Of a DNA stretch of 32,910 nucleotides, positions 22,270-32,420 are shown in pieces. The stretch's first letter is position 1, and every line of letters starts with the position of its first letter. Below the pieces are notes generated by a model. That model was not told where the DNA came from and searched no databases. It was given only the letters and a program-made list of their open reading frames with translations. The stretch comes from Chiloscyllium plagiosum (lineage: Eukaryota), in the NCBI RefSeq assembly GCF_004010195.1, contig NC_057719.1, forward strand, positions 64,997,628 through 65,030,537, written 5' to 3'. The translations under genes and the position numbers were made by a program.

Positions 22270-23110
22270 ATGAGACTAGAGAGATTGGAAGTGTTCTCCT
22301 TAGAACAGAGGGTAAGGAGAGATTTAGCATTCATTAGTAGCGTAAGGAATTCTGATCGATCAAAAAGAGATGGTTTTCACTAGTCGGACGCTGAAATAAG
22401 TAAAGAATGCAGATTTATAAAAGAATTAGGGAAATGAGGTTGTTTTCGCACATCAAGTTGTCATCTAGATTACCCAAAAGGCTGGTCATAGCAAATTAGT
22501 AACTTCAAAGTGGAATGGAATAAATGAAAACTTTAGAGCCATGGGCAAAGAGCAGTTGCATGGGACTAACTGAACAACTCTTTCAGCACAAACGTGTGCC
22601 ACTTTCCTAATTATGATTCCAATCCTTTATTGCCAATGTATTGCACCCCATTCTGGATTTTATGCATTATGGATGAATTGAAGGTGTTGGAGGGATTGCA
22701 AAACGAGATTTACAAGAATGTTTCCAGGGAGTGGAACTTGGAGAAGAGAAGGCTCAGAAAAGATTTGATAGAGACAATTAAAATTGAGAGATCTGGACAG
22801 AACAGATGAAGAGGAGCTGTTCTTACTTGTGAAAGAAAATGGAGAATGAGAGTACAGATTTAAAGTAACTGGCAAAAGAAGTGAAAGCAACAGAAGAAAT
22901 AACTACTTCCTATGTGAAAAAAATGTTAAGATCTGGAATGCACTACCAGAGAGAGTGGTGGAGGCAAGTTCAATTAAACAATCCAAAAGCAAACTGGATA
23001 GTTATCTGAAGGGGAAGAATGTGCTGGGCTATGAGAAGGTGATAGAATGGCACTTGGTAAACTGCTAATTTGGAGAACTGTCACAGTCAGGAAGGACTCA
23101 TGCCTTTAAT
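22270..23110 (+). mobile_element. Two tandem degenerate CR1 3' fragments in intron 15 (about 22270-22600 and 22640-23110)
   Basis: YCTPFW...LEGLQ...LEKRRLRKDLIETIKI and atctggaatgcactaccagagagagtggtggaggc motifs. Confidence 0.7.
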
Positions 23111-23166
23111 GCAGTGTGTCGAAATATGATAACTTAATCTTTAACTGGTAAATAAAGAATTCTTAC

Positions 23167-23326
23167 CATCTCCATCAATATCAATGGCACAGGCATCTCC
23201 CTCTCCATTTGCATCAGTGTCTGTCTGGTCAGGGTTATGGTCGTAGGGGCAGTTGTCACAGCGATCTCCAACATCATCCCGATCATAGTCATATTGACGA
23301 GGATTAAACAGGAATGCGCAATTGTC
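23167..23326 (-). CDS. THBS1: THBS1 exon 15, type-3 repeats ([27 protein letters not shown]...IDIDGD)
   Basis: Hand-translated; AG/GT junctions. 160 nt. Confidence 0.97.
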
Positions 23327-23863
23327 CTGCAGAATAAGTTGATGGATGAAATTAGATGGAAATACAAGTTTTAAATAATATGAAAGAAAGGACGATGTTC
23401 ACTTAAAAGTTTTGAATTGAACTGTAATTTGAATGAATGTTCTGAAAGTCTCCGATTATTCAGCTAAAGCTTAGACAGTGGTTATGGACATGTCAGTGTC
23501 AAATGCTGAAGCAGAGTTTCAAAAATTAGTGTTTGATTGCCGAAGCACTTCTGTCTCTCAAACTCTTTATGTACATGTGGGTATGAAAACACAAAGGGTC
23601 AAGTCAGAAGAAAGCTTCCTTTGAATGATGTTTCACTCTGCAAGTCGGTTTCTCAGATACCTGAGAGAAGACCCAGACAGTTTTGGCAGCTGCGTGCTAT
23701 GTGTACAGGTTGCATAACTCCCAATGAATCTCGCCTTCATTCTGCAGCAGCAATGTTTTTTCTCCCTCTGAATGAATGTCATAGGTTGGATTGTGCTTTT
23801 TGTTAGCACAGTCTATACTCGCAGAATGGCAGAAGGGTAGAATATCTTTCTCTCACAACTTAC

Positions 23864-23971
23864 CCTCTCATCTGGAATGCCATCATTATCATCATCATTA
23901 TCACAGGCATCACCAACTCCATCCTTATCGTGATCTTCTTGTCCAGAATTGGGGAGTGATGGACAATTGTC
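23864..23971 (-). CDS. THBS1: THBS1 exon 14, type-3 repeats ([36 protein letters not shown])
   Basis: Hand-translated Asp-rich Ca-binding repeat. 108 nt. Confidence 0.97.
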
Positions 23972-24503
23972 CTGTAAATCAAGAAGGATTGGTATTGTAG
24001 CTATGCATTATAACACTGTTCAAAGACCTGTCAGTTCATTTACATGCAAAGAAGCTGCTCTACGGAATTGTGCTTTAAGACCTCTCTTTGATTCGACTTT
24101 AAAAGCCCTTGTCTAACAAAAAATATTAGGTTGAACACATCTGAGGAGAAGGCTGTTTTCACTAATGTTCACTCAGTCTAACAGAAATTTCTTCTACAAT
24201 CCACACCCTGTCTTTTTCTTGTCATAATACAGATTTATTACACCAAAAACTGACAAGTTAATTCCAAATGCGATAGTTTACTACTCAACTTTCTGTTTGT
24301 AGTGCATGTTCAATACATCAGTGCTATTTGTCCTGAGGGTATAAAAATGTTGCCTTTCAAGTAAAAGGCTCTGTGTTAAATGACACCAACTCTGTTTTAA
24401 CTAAAGCACTACACTTAAGCTGAGTCTGTGTTTGCTGGGTAATGAAGCTGTGATGGTAAGAAACGGATAGACAGCTCCTAATTTGGAAGCAATGAGAGGT
24501 TAC

Positions 24504-24722
24504 CTTTTTACAGTGGTAAGTAGCATTGATCACACAGGTGAGATCTTTATTTGGCCAACCGTCCAAGTCAGTATCCTCTCCACAGATGATGCCATTGCCA
24601 GCAAAACCAGGCCTGCATTCACAACGGAACATCTGGTCACTGAAGATACCAAGGTAAATGCATCTGGCATGCTTGTTGCAATTGTGTGTGCCATCTTTGC
24701 AGGGGTTACGTGGCTCACAGAC
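24504..24722 (-). CDS. THBS1: THBS1 exon 13, EGF3 and start of type-3 repeats (VCEPRNPC...[12 protein letters not shown]...ATYHCKK)
   Basis: Overlaps ORF 24357-24632; AG/GT junctions. 219 nt. Confidence 0.97.
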
Positions 24723-24894
24723 CTATCAAAAAGAAAATTAGGATCATTTAAATTTCTTGTAAACTTAAGTTATAGTTTTAATATTCAATATTTTAGGCAA
24801 CATCCCACCTTTCAGATAGATATAATTTTCCAATGCAACTTTCCTTACGCTAATTAATTGCAGTTACTTACTTTAGAAACAAAACACTAAAATT

Positions 24895-25250
24895 TCTTCT
24901 TTCATGGGATGTGGACATTGCTATCAAATTAAAACTGAGACTTACCTTTTCAATTCCAGAACCTACTAAGCAAATTTAAATTCTACAAGCTGTGATTCAA
25001 ATTCACATCCTTTGAGAATTAACCTGGTGCAGTAGATTACTAGTCCAGTGACATTATCCCTAATTCACCATCTCCCCACAGCAATTAATTTAATGTCCCC
25101 TCTGAAAGGAAACATCTGTCAGACAGTGCTCTCTCAGAACTGTACTGGACTGTTAGTTTTGCTGATTGTGCTCATGCCCTGGAGTGGAACATGAACTAAG
25201 ACATGTCTAATTCAGAGGTAAAAGTACCATATAATAATCTCCAGCTGTTA
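24895..25250 (-). mobile_element. Degenerate tRNA-derived SINE remnants in intron 12
   Basis: 24895-25076 resembles the SINE at 8960-9303; 25100-25250 resembles a Deu/SacSINE-type head (recognised from memory). Confidence 0.5.
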
Positions 25251-25285
25251 TCCGAAGTGTGAGCGAGTTAATGACTTAACCTCAC

Positions 25286-25438
25286 CTGCTTATTCTTTGT
25301 AGCCTCCTCAATGCCTCTGCCAAACGGTTGATTGCCAGTGTATCGCAGTGGGCAGGGCAGACAATTGTAACCTGGTTCAGTGTTTTCACACCTTTGCTCC
25401 CCATTGACTTGAAAACAGGTATCAGGCACTTCTGAGCA
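25286..25438 (-). CDS. THBS1: THBS1 exon 12, EGF2 (CSEVPDTCF...[25 protein letters not shown]...KNKQ)
   Basis: Hand-translated; follows an 89-bp intron. 153 nt. Confidence 0.96.
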
Positions 25439-25527
25439 CTGCAAGAGATTTTTAAAAGAATGAAATGAGGTACAGAACTAGAATTTACAATATATCAAAA
25501 CATACCATGAATTTCATAGGGCAGTAC

Positions 25528-25655
25528 CTCATTGATGTCCTCGCAATGAATACCATCTCCTCTGTAACCATGAGGGCAGGGACCACACGTCCAGGAGCCA
25601 TCTGGAAAGCTCGTACACTTGCTTTGAGCAAAGCATGGATTTGATAAACATCCAT
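25528..25655 (-). CDS. THBS1: THBS1 exon 11, EGF1 ([28 protein letters not shown]...EDINE)
   Basis: Hand-translated; AG/GT junctions. 128 nt. Confidence 0.96.
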
Positions 25656-25782
25656 CTGTAATGCAGATGATTTGTGCTGATTAAAATGTTGTAAGATATA
25701 CACTACAGGCAAAAAAATGAAAAGCATTGCTTGATTATAATTGTTGTTGAAGTGAAGACACCATGAAAACAGTTCAGTTTAC

Positions 25783-25956
25783 CAATTGGGCACTCCAGTT
25801 TGTTGCATAGCTGAGTCTCCCGGGATTCTCCCACACAATTTTTGCCTTCATATTCCGGTGCTGGACTGTCACAAAGACGTGTGCGTTTCTGAATTCCTCC
25901 TCCACAGGTGACGGAACAAGAGTTCCATGGTGACCAAACACCCCAGTTCCCATCAA
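25783..25956 (-). CDS. THBS1: THBS1 exon 10, TSR3 ([20 protein letters not shown]...CNKLECPI)
   Basis: Type-1 repeat consensus; phase 1-1. 174 nt. Confidence 0.97.
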
Positions 25957-26095
25957 CTGAAAAATGGAATGATATGCTTTGAGTATTTTGCACCAGACAT
26001 GCTTTACAATTGCTGTGTTTTCAGTGACTGTTAGGAATATAACTTCAGAATTAATGAGGTATGTGAAACATCCTGCGTCCCAAACAAATACTCAC

Positions 26096-26272
26096 TTGGG
26101 CATGGGACTTGTTCACACTTCTCAGTTTCCCGCTTCGGTCCCTCACACTCTTTGCCACCCATTTGTGGCATTGGGGAGTTACACAGGCGGATGCGAGTGA
26201 TCACTCCAGCTCCACAGCTCACTGAGCATGACGACCAAGGGGACCAATAACTCCAACCACCATCTTGTTTGA
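26096..26272 (-). CDS. THBS1: THBS1 exon 9, TSR2 ([34 protein letters not shown]...)
   Basis: Type-1 repeat consensus; phase 1-1. 177 nt. Confidence 0.97.
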
Positions 26273-26671
26273 CTGAAACAAAGTAACAAGGTAAACATTA
26301 GGAATCATTGTTTTGTTGAACATTGGAGAAGTAGGCTACTCTCTTTTAAATAGTTCAGTGTAAATGGACAAACTTCAAGAATTAAACCAACATTAAGTAG
26401 TTGCAGGTTAAGGAAGCTTGGATGTGTGTCACTGATGCTGCAGTATTTTTATTGGTTTTGGCCACATTTTATTCCATCTGTCTTCAAATAGTTGGCATTT
26501 TGTACTTCCTTTCTCAATGTCCCTGGACTGGTTCAACTTGGGTTCATGCTTGTGTGAAATGGAAGAAATGTACCTACAAGGACATGTGTGCTGGTATGTA
26601 AAACTAAAAGGACTACTTTATTACCTTGAGACACACAATCAATATAATAGTGGATGGGGTATAAAACTCAC

Positions 26672-26848
26672 ATCTCTTGTCACATTCTTCTAAATGACAG
26701 CTTCGAGTCTGAACAGAGGTCCCATGACAGTCACTATTAATCCGATCGCAGGAGCGGCCTCGCTGCTGGGTTCCAATTCCACAGGTGACAGAACAATGTG
26801 TCCATTCAGACCAGGGAGACCAGCCAGCCTCAGATTCATTTGGAATTG
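26672..26848 (-). CDS. THBS1: THBS1 exon 8, TSR1 ([15 protein letters not shown]...QRGRSCD...ECDKR)
   Basis: Type-1 repeat consensus; phase 1-1. 177 nt. Confidence 0.97.
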
Positions 26849-27526
26849 CTGTTAAAAAAAACCAAGCACATGTCAACAACATTCTCAAAATAAGAGAGGT
26901 TTATTGCACCTTGCACTATGGAATGTCCTCAGACAATGAAAGAAATGTAAACTAACCAAACTACAAAGTCTGTACATGTTTTCTGTTTTCTCAAAATGCA
27001 CTTGCTCTTGGCAGCTGCCTACACTCTAGGTCAAATGTGCGATCATTTTTAATGCTTGCCTAGACTTTCAACCTTTATTGTCCTCATACTGAGATAAAAG
27101 ACAAAACCACATCAAAGGATCAAATGACTGACAATCTCTTATCACCTTGGCTGTAAGGGATCATCCAGATTTAGTATGGCTATGAAAGATGTATTACTAT
27201 TCCAGAAACACTCGTTATTTTGAACCATAGCAAGCTTCTATACTTGATTTCCAATTCTATTTCTAATAGATGCCACTATTACCCTACTAACAAGCCCCCT
27301 TACTAACAAGCCCTGACCCTCTCAGTTTTGAGAGGTCAGAATAACTTTCAAGCCTCAAGTGGGCTTTCCAGCGGAAAAATATATTAGTCTATCAAGGCAA
27401 CATTATTCAAATAGTTTGCGATCAGTGGAGCTTTTCCCTGTAGCACACACTTTCTTCCCCCCACCCCAATGCCATACCTCTTCAATTATGCATTTAAGAA
27501 CAGAGATTAGTTTCACCAGGACGTAC

Positions 27527-27620
27527 ATGGACAGCGGGCACAGCACTCCCCATCTGGGACTACAGCATCAGCACATGACACAGTAGGGCAGGAAATCCTC
27601 TGGCAGAAGGTGACTGATGA
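27527..27620 (-). CDS. THBS1: THBS1 exon 7, vWC second half ([31 protein letters not shown])
   Basis: Hand-translated, contains PDGECC motif; donor T/GTACGT. 94 nt. Confidence 0.95.
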
Positions 27621-28462
27621 CTGGAAAAAGGGTAAGAAAAGAAACAGTGATCAAGAAACTTTTGGAAGAGGACAAGTTTTTAAACATATGCCTGGCAACA
27701 ACACCACCTGCCAACTGCACTGGCAAAAGCAAAATAACAGCAGTTGATTAAAATCCATTTTTATTTTTCCAGTCCTGGGTTTGTTGGTTCTAGCCTGCAG
27801 CTAGAAAGGGATGGAGACTGAATAATGTCATGTGTTGGTGAGGACCCAGAAAACCCATATTGCTCTAGGAACTGCAGTGGAAGTATTTTCAGCATCTGGG
27901 AGTGCAGAATTTGATAACAGACTGCTCAAAGCATGCTTCGGTTGAAATATTATGTGCCCATCCCACATATTTTGCTGATTTACATCATTATTGGGCAACA
28001 TACAGGAACCTTTCAATTATCTGCAAATTTACTCCCTGATAGAATTACAAAGATTGTGGCTTTCATATTTCTCTTTTGGAAAAAGCTTTTAACATAGTTC
28101 CAAACAGTCAGTTTCTTTAAATTTGGTCCAGTTTATGTTTGGCACAGGTTCTTCCCCTTGGAAATATTGCCCAACACAGCGTTTCCCTCAGATATTCAAA
28201 ACCACTCAAAAGCTAACAATAGTCTGCTCAGTACACACAGACAGCCCTTAGACCTGTGGTTATTCATATTCTTTTTAACAGTTTTGGCAGCATTGGCAGT
28301 AGTTCCAGCTACTAAGTTGGAGCAACAATTGACTACTGCTAGACCAGGGATTTCACTCTGAATGCAAGTAATGCAACTTCCAGTGTTTATAACAATGCAA
28401 AAAATCTTTGCTAAAAGTTGTTTGTTTTGTTTTGAAAAGCATGTTTTGTATTGCAGTTTTAC

Positions 28463-28591
28463 CTGACAAGTGCAGTCTGTGCAGTTGTCCACTTTCCATT
28501 GATCTTTGTCTTTGTAGGTCATGCCATTGTGAAAACATCCTCCTATCTGTTTGATTCCAATCCTTTTGGCAATTAATTCATTTTCTGCAGT
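28463..28591 (-). CDS. THBS1: THBS1 exon 6, vWC/procollagen domain first half (CFHNGMTYKDKDQWKVDNCTDCTCQ)
   Basis: Cys pattern of vWC; AG/GT junctions. 129 nt. Confidence 0.95.
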
Positions 28592-28674
28592 CTGGAGGAG
28601 AAGGCAGTGACAGGTCATTACAGCCCATGCAGATGTGACTAAAGTACAAAAGTTGATTCCTGTAGTTTCCTTAC

Positions 28675-28868
28675 CACTTTTTGGACATTATTAACCAGCT
28701 GGGTGACCATTGTCCTGAGAGCTTGCAGTTCAGAGAACATGTTGGACAGTTCCTCGCAGGAGATGCCGCAGACTGTCTGAAGATCTTTGGGTTTGTGACC
28801 GTAAAAATTGGTCCTGATGGCTGGGCTTTCAGAGCCCCTGATTGGTAAAGGAAGAATTCCTGGAGCAG
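28675..28868 (-). CDS. THBS1: THBS1 exon 5, linker and trimerisation coiled coil (SPAIRT...CGISCEELSNMFSELQALRTMV)
   Basis: Lies within ORF 28639-28920; splice sites in phase. 194 nt. Confidence 0.95.
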
Positions 28869-29340
28869 CTGCAAAAAAACATAATACATGAGGGCCAGCA
28901 ATCAATGCAACACATTCCAAGCTGTTTCTGCCCCAAGATCAGTTGATAAGTCCATGGGATAACAGTTTGTATTTGCATCTATGGGCAGGGGGGTGAGTCT
29001 AAGAAGAGGTTTTAAGAGCAAAGTCTGGCATGAGATGCATTCAGCAATTGCCTCCACCCAGAAAAACGTGTGTCTCATTCCAGCTTTTAGAGTTGGTGTT
29101 GCTGGATCAGTCCTAAACCAATCCCAGCCTCCCACCGCACCCACGCCCCGTCAAAAACACACACACGGGAAAGGGCTTATATTGCGTGAATACGATAATG
29201 CCTGGCTAAGAGTTTGGGACAACTTTTGGGTCTCACTGACTTCGCTGCTAATACTCGGGGCGAGGCAGTGTGGCTGGTCTAGCGGATGGCGCTTGTTGAG
29301 GAGTGATTCCCCTGGACAAGATCCCGTGTGCGATACTTAC

Positions 29341-29416
29341 TGTTGTAGCAGCCCTTGTTCATCAGAATGGTTTCCAAGTTGGTCCCAAAAACAAAGCGCA
29401 CGTTCTGCAGTACTCC
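29341..29416 (-). CDS. THBS1: THBS1 exon 4 (GVLQNVRFVFGTNLETILMNKGCYN)
   Basis: Hand-translated. AG acceptor and GTAAGT donor. 76 nt. Confidence 0.96.
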
Positions 29417-29652
29417 CTGTGTTACAGAGAAGGAAGAAACACAATTGGAGCCACTTTAAAAAAAAATATTCTTCTGGACTGCACTCTTGTCACTTGATGT
29501 CGGTAAACGCGAGAGCTCCCGCTACACTTAATGCTATCTGAGTTAACCTCTCTGTTCCCAATTCATTTTAAAGTAGGCAGATGTTTACAGACTAGTCGGC
29601 GCGTTGTCTGTAGTTTCTTTAACGCGCGCAGAGTTATTGAGACTCAGTCCCT

Positions 29653-29674
29653 GGTGTGTGTGTGTGTGTGCGTG
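29653..29674 (+). repeat. (GT)n microsatellite next to the exon 3 donor
   Basis: gtgtgtgtgtgtgtgtgtgcgt-type run read directly. Confidence 0.85.
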
Positions 29675-29689
29675 CCTGGGTCCTCTCAC

Positions 29690-30240
29690 CTGGAAGTTGT
29701 TCCGGAGACCCGGTCCGCCTTTGGCTAGCCTCAGGCTGTAGTCACCAGGCTTCAGCACTTTGTGAATGGCCGCCTCTAGCTCCACGCCATTGACCTTCTC
29801 ACAGCCCACATAGAGCGTGGCCACGTCCTCCTGCACGAACAGGGTGAGGTTTTTCCAGCGGGCATTGGCCAGGTGGGCATCGGTGATGGACACCATGCTC
29901 TGTTTGCCCTCGATGGTGATGGTCAGGTCGAGAGTGTTCGCCTTGCCGTTGGACAGGATCTCGAAGATGCGTGTCCCCTGCAGCGTGTCGATGGCCACCA
30001 AGGTGCCCCGGCTTTTCTTCATCTGGCGCAGGGTGGCGAGGAAGATGAAGCCCTTCTCCTGCTGAATGTGGTCGATCAGCTCACTGAAGCTGTTCTCTGA
30101 AGCCGGGGCAATGAGGTCAGGGTTCAGGATCCTGTAAGCCGGGCTGCTCGCCTCCGGCCCCTTTACCATATGCACCCCTACATTTTTGCGAGTCAGGCCA
30201 GTGATGTCGAACAGATCAAAGACACCATCCACTCCGGCGT
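29690..30240 (-). CDS. THBS1: THBS1 exon 3, N-terminal heparin-binding TSPN/LamG domain
   Basis: DGVFDLFDITG...PAYRI...RQMKKSRGTL...WKNLTLFVQED...LRLAKGG...NNFQ. Pyrimidine-rich acceptor, donor CAG/GTGAGA. 551 nt. Confidence 0.97.
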
Positions 30241-30379
30241 CTGTCCGGGACAGGAGAGAGAGGGAGGGAGAGAGAAAGGGCACAGACTTAACGCGCATAA
30301 TTACTGTTTAAAACAAGGCATTTGCAACAGGAGGAGTGCGCCCACAACCGCGGAATAAGTGCACACACACACAACTCAC

Positions 30380-30446
30380 CTTGGATTTGCTTGGGCGAAC
30401 AAGCAACAATCATTAAAAGTAGAAAGAGTCCTTGCAGTGGCTTCAT
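30380..30446 (-). CDS. THBS1: THBS1 exon 2 coding part, signal peptide MKPLQGLFLLLMIVACSPKQIQ (exon starts 30471)
   Basis: ATG at 30446 with purine at -3, hydrophobic leader, donor G/GTGAGT, acceptor ttttttttatatatgccAG at 30472. 67 nt, phase 1. Confidence 0.9.
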
Positions 30447-30597
30447 TTCAGTGAAGGAACTCCCTCAGAACCTGGCATATATAAAAAAAAGGAGGGAAAA
30501 TCTATTTTGTTGTTGCTGCACAGAATTTCCAACAATACAATTAATCAAACTGGTGTGTTACTGTAATCGGGACAGAGAAGTACACTCGTTCACTGAC

Positions 30598-30835
30598 CAG
30601 TAGTGAAGTACTTTCAATCTTCAAACGAGCAGTGCAGACAAGAATAGCTCCCCGTAAGACAGACGCTGGCAGGGACCAAATCCGAAATGTACAGAGTCCT
30701 TCTACAAGATCTGGCTTCTCAAAGACTCGAAACTTGTACTTTTTTTCCCAAAAGAATTCTCTCTTCTCTTTCCCCCTCCAAGTCTTTGACTAAGAAGCTG
30801 CCCCCTGCAGCTGTGGGTGCCCGAGATCGATACTA
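30598..30835 (-). other. THBS1: THBS1 exon 1 (non-coding 5'UTR)
   Basis: Begins about 25-30 nt below the TATA-like box, contains no ATG on the minus strand, and ends at a candidate donor CTG/GTCAGT (30598/30597). Donor choice is inferred. Confidence 0.6.
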
Positions 30836-30858
30836 CTGTGAGACTGGAGCACGGCTGC

Positions 30859-30927
30859 TTTAAATACCCTCTCACATTCCTCACAGTCAGTCTCTGCCAA
30901 TCACTGGCTGCCTGGGAGGAAGCGGGC
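30859..30927 (-). promoter_or_regulatory. THBS1: THBS1 core promoter: Ets-like GCTTCCT (within 30917-30927), inverted CCAAT/NF-Y (30897-30901), MCAT/TEAD AGGAATG (30875-30881), TATA-like TATTTAAA (30859-30866)
   Basis: Minus strand reads gcccgcttcctcccaggcagccagtgATTGGcagagactgactgtgAGGAATGtgagagggTATTTAAAgcagc. CCAAT-to-TATA spacing is typical and implies a TSS near 30833. Confidence 0.8.
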
Positions 30928-32184
30928 TTGTGTTTATTCAGTTACCTCACAACAAGAGGGATACAGTTCCGAAGCAGCCAGACCGCAGCGAGGAAAGTAA
31001 TTAGGCGGATGCCAGTGGAGCCGAGCCAAGAATACTCAAAGAGTATTACCGAGAGGTGCTGGGGTTCTGGCCAGACTCACCCACCCCCGACATCCCGTCC
31101 GTGGGCCCAGATTTTGTCGCTCTAACCCAGACGGTCCTGTACCATGCATTCCCTTCCCAGACACACACCTTTATTGAGCAAAATGTAACAAGCACGTGTC
31201 GAAACATACTTTTAAGTCTCCCTACTATAGGAATGTGATGGTGTGGTTTAAGAAAGTGATTTTTTTTTCAATGAAAAGACGTGTTTCGAATAAATGAACG
31301 ACCTGTACTATCATTCCACGAATTGTGAGCGGATGGTATGTTGCGTTGCAGTGTTTCCGAGCTGTCCTCCGATTTCCCCACTAGGGGGAAGTGTGTCGTT
31401 TCATTTGCCGACCAGCAAATGTCTTGCGACTCTTGGTTCACCTCAAGACAGACAGTTCGAAAGCCCATTTCACACCGATACGGTAGTCCAAACTGCAATC
31501 GATCAGTCTCGCAGCAGATCTCGCCTTCCGAATGCATATGCTTGACATATTTCAGCAGTGCAAACGGAAACATACAACATCTTTCGATTTCATGCCATAC
31601 TAAAGTATCAGATTATATTCGTTACTCTTCTTAATGATAAAGCAACTTTATAATGATTGTAACTAAATTATATTTCCAGCAAATGTTTAAAAAGTTGTGG
31701 TATTCACTAGAATAGGACAAAAGATGTCTTTTTAAAAAAAATTGTATGTTTTCCAATAGACATTTACGTCATTGGAGAAAATTCTGATCCTGGAAATAGT
31801 TTTTGACGTCGGTGCATTTTTTTTTGCTTAGCTCTTACAATAGAGGAATTCTGAGGATATTAGCTTCATTGAGATTTCCTGGGACAGCAGCAATACACGT
31901 TTCACTCTCTGTATCTTTGGCCCATGGCTTACTCTCACCTTCCAAATCTTGCGCACAGACTAATATGGCAACAACGCAATTTCTTCCTTTGTCAACTGGC
32001 CACATGTAATTAAGGTTTCACTAAATATCAGCACTAGTGTCAATCAGCCAAAGACGGGTAAACCAACAACGCAATAATATTTCCCAAATTTGCTTTGCAG
32101 TTTTTGCAAGTATTCTTGTCCTACTTGACCTTGTCAAGTGGTTAAACATCTCAGTTGAATCTCGAGGTTTCCCTTTCAAACCCA

Positions 32185-32279
32185 GTGTGTGATTTCAAAT
32201 AAACCTGTTGGACTCTAACCTTCAGCAGTGCGACTTCTGGCTTTGCCCACGCAGTCCAACACGAGCACTTCCACATCAG
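32185..32279 (+). mobile_element. Short degenerate repeat end (probably Penelope-type)
   Basis: caaataaacctgttggactctaacc...agtccaacac contains an internal inverted motif tgttggact/agtccaaca. Family assignment is from memory. Confidence 0.45.
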
Positions 32280-32420
32280 AGCCCAGTGTTTGTAGGAGAC
32301 ATGAGGGTGGGCAATGGCAAAGCACATTGGGTTTTAAAACTCTTTTCTGGTCGGATGTATATTCCATACGATTTCTGACCAGGGCTGAGGTCTATGTTCA
32401 ATGAAAGCAAAATACTGTAG

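Larger units (their letters stand above)
14480..30835 (-). other. THBS1: Thrombospondin-1 gene, whole transcription unit (22 exons; both ends approximate)
   Basis: Spliced CDS gives signal peptide, TSPN/LamG domain, CGISC coiled coil, vWC, 3 TSR, 3 EGF, type-3 Ca repeats and C-terminal L-lectin domain (1168 aa). TSP1-diagnostic KRFK and TVNCDPG are present, and FSIP1 is the downstream neighbour. Confidence 0.97.

Noticed and set aside
23791..24000. His-rich ORF ([11 protein letters not shown])
   Set aside because: It is the antisense frame of the GAT/AAT repeats in exon 14.
27282..27314. Short tandem duplication (tactaacaagccc) x2
   Set aside because: Simple slippage in an intron with no functional indication.
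28981..29541. 186-aa plus-strand ORF antisense to THBS1 exon 4
   Set aside because: No recognisable domain or splice context; compatible with chance in a moderately GC-rich region.
16570..30446. Assignment as THBS2
   Set aside because: KRFK (THBS2 has KRIR), TVNCDPG and the FSIP1 neighbour all indicate THBS1.
30930..32420. Distal serum-response CArG box as in mammalian THBS1
   Set aside because: I found no canonical CC(A/T)6GG by eye; CCTACTATAGG at 31221-31231 does not fit.
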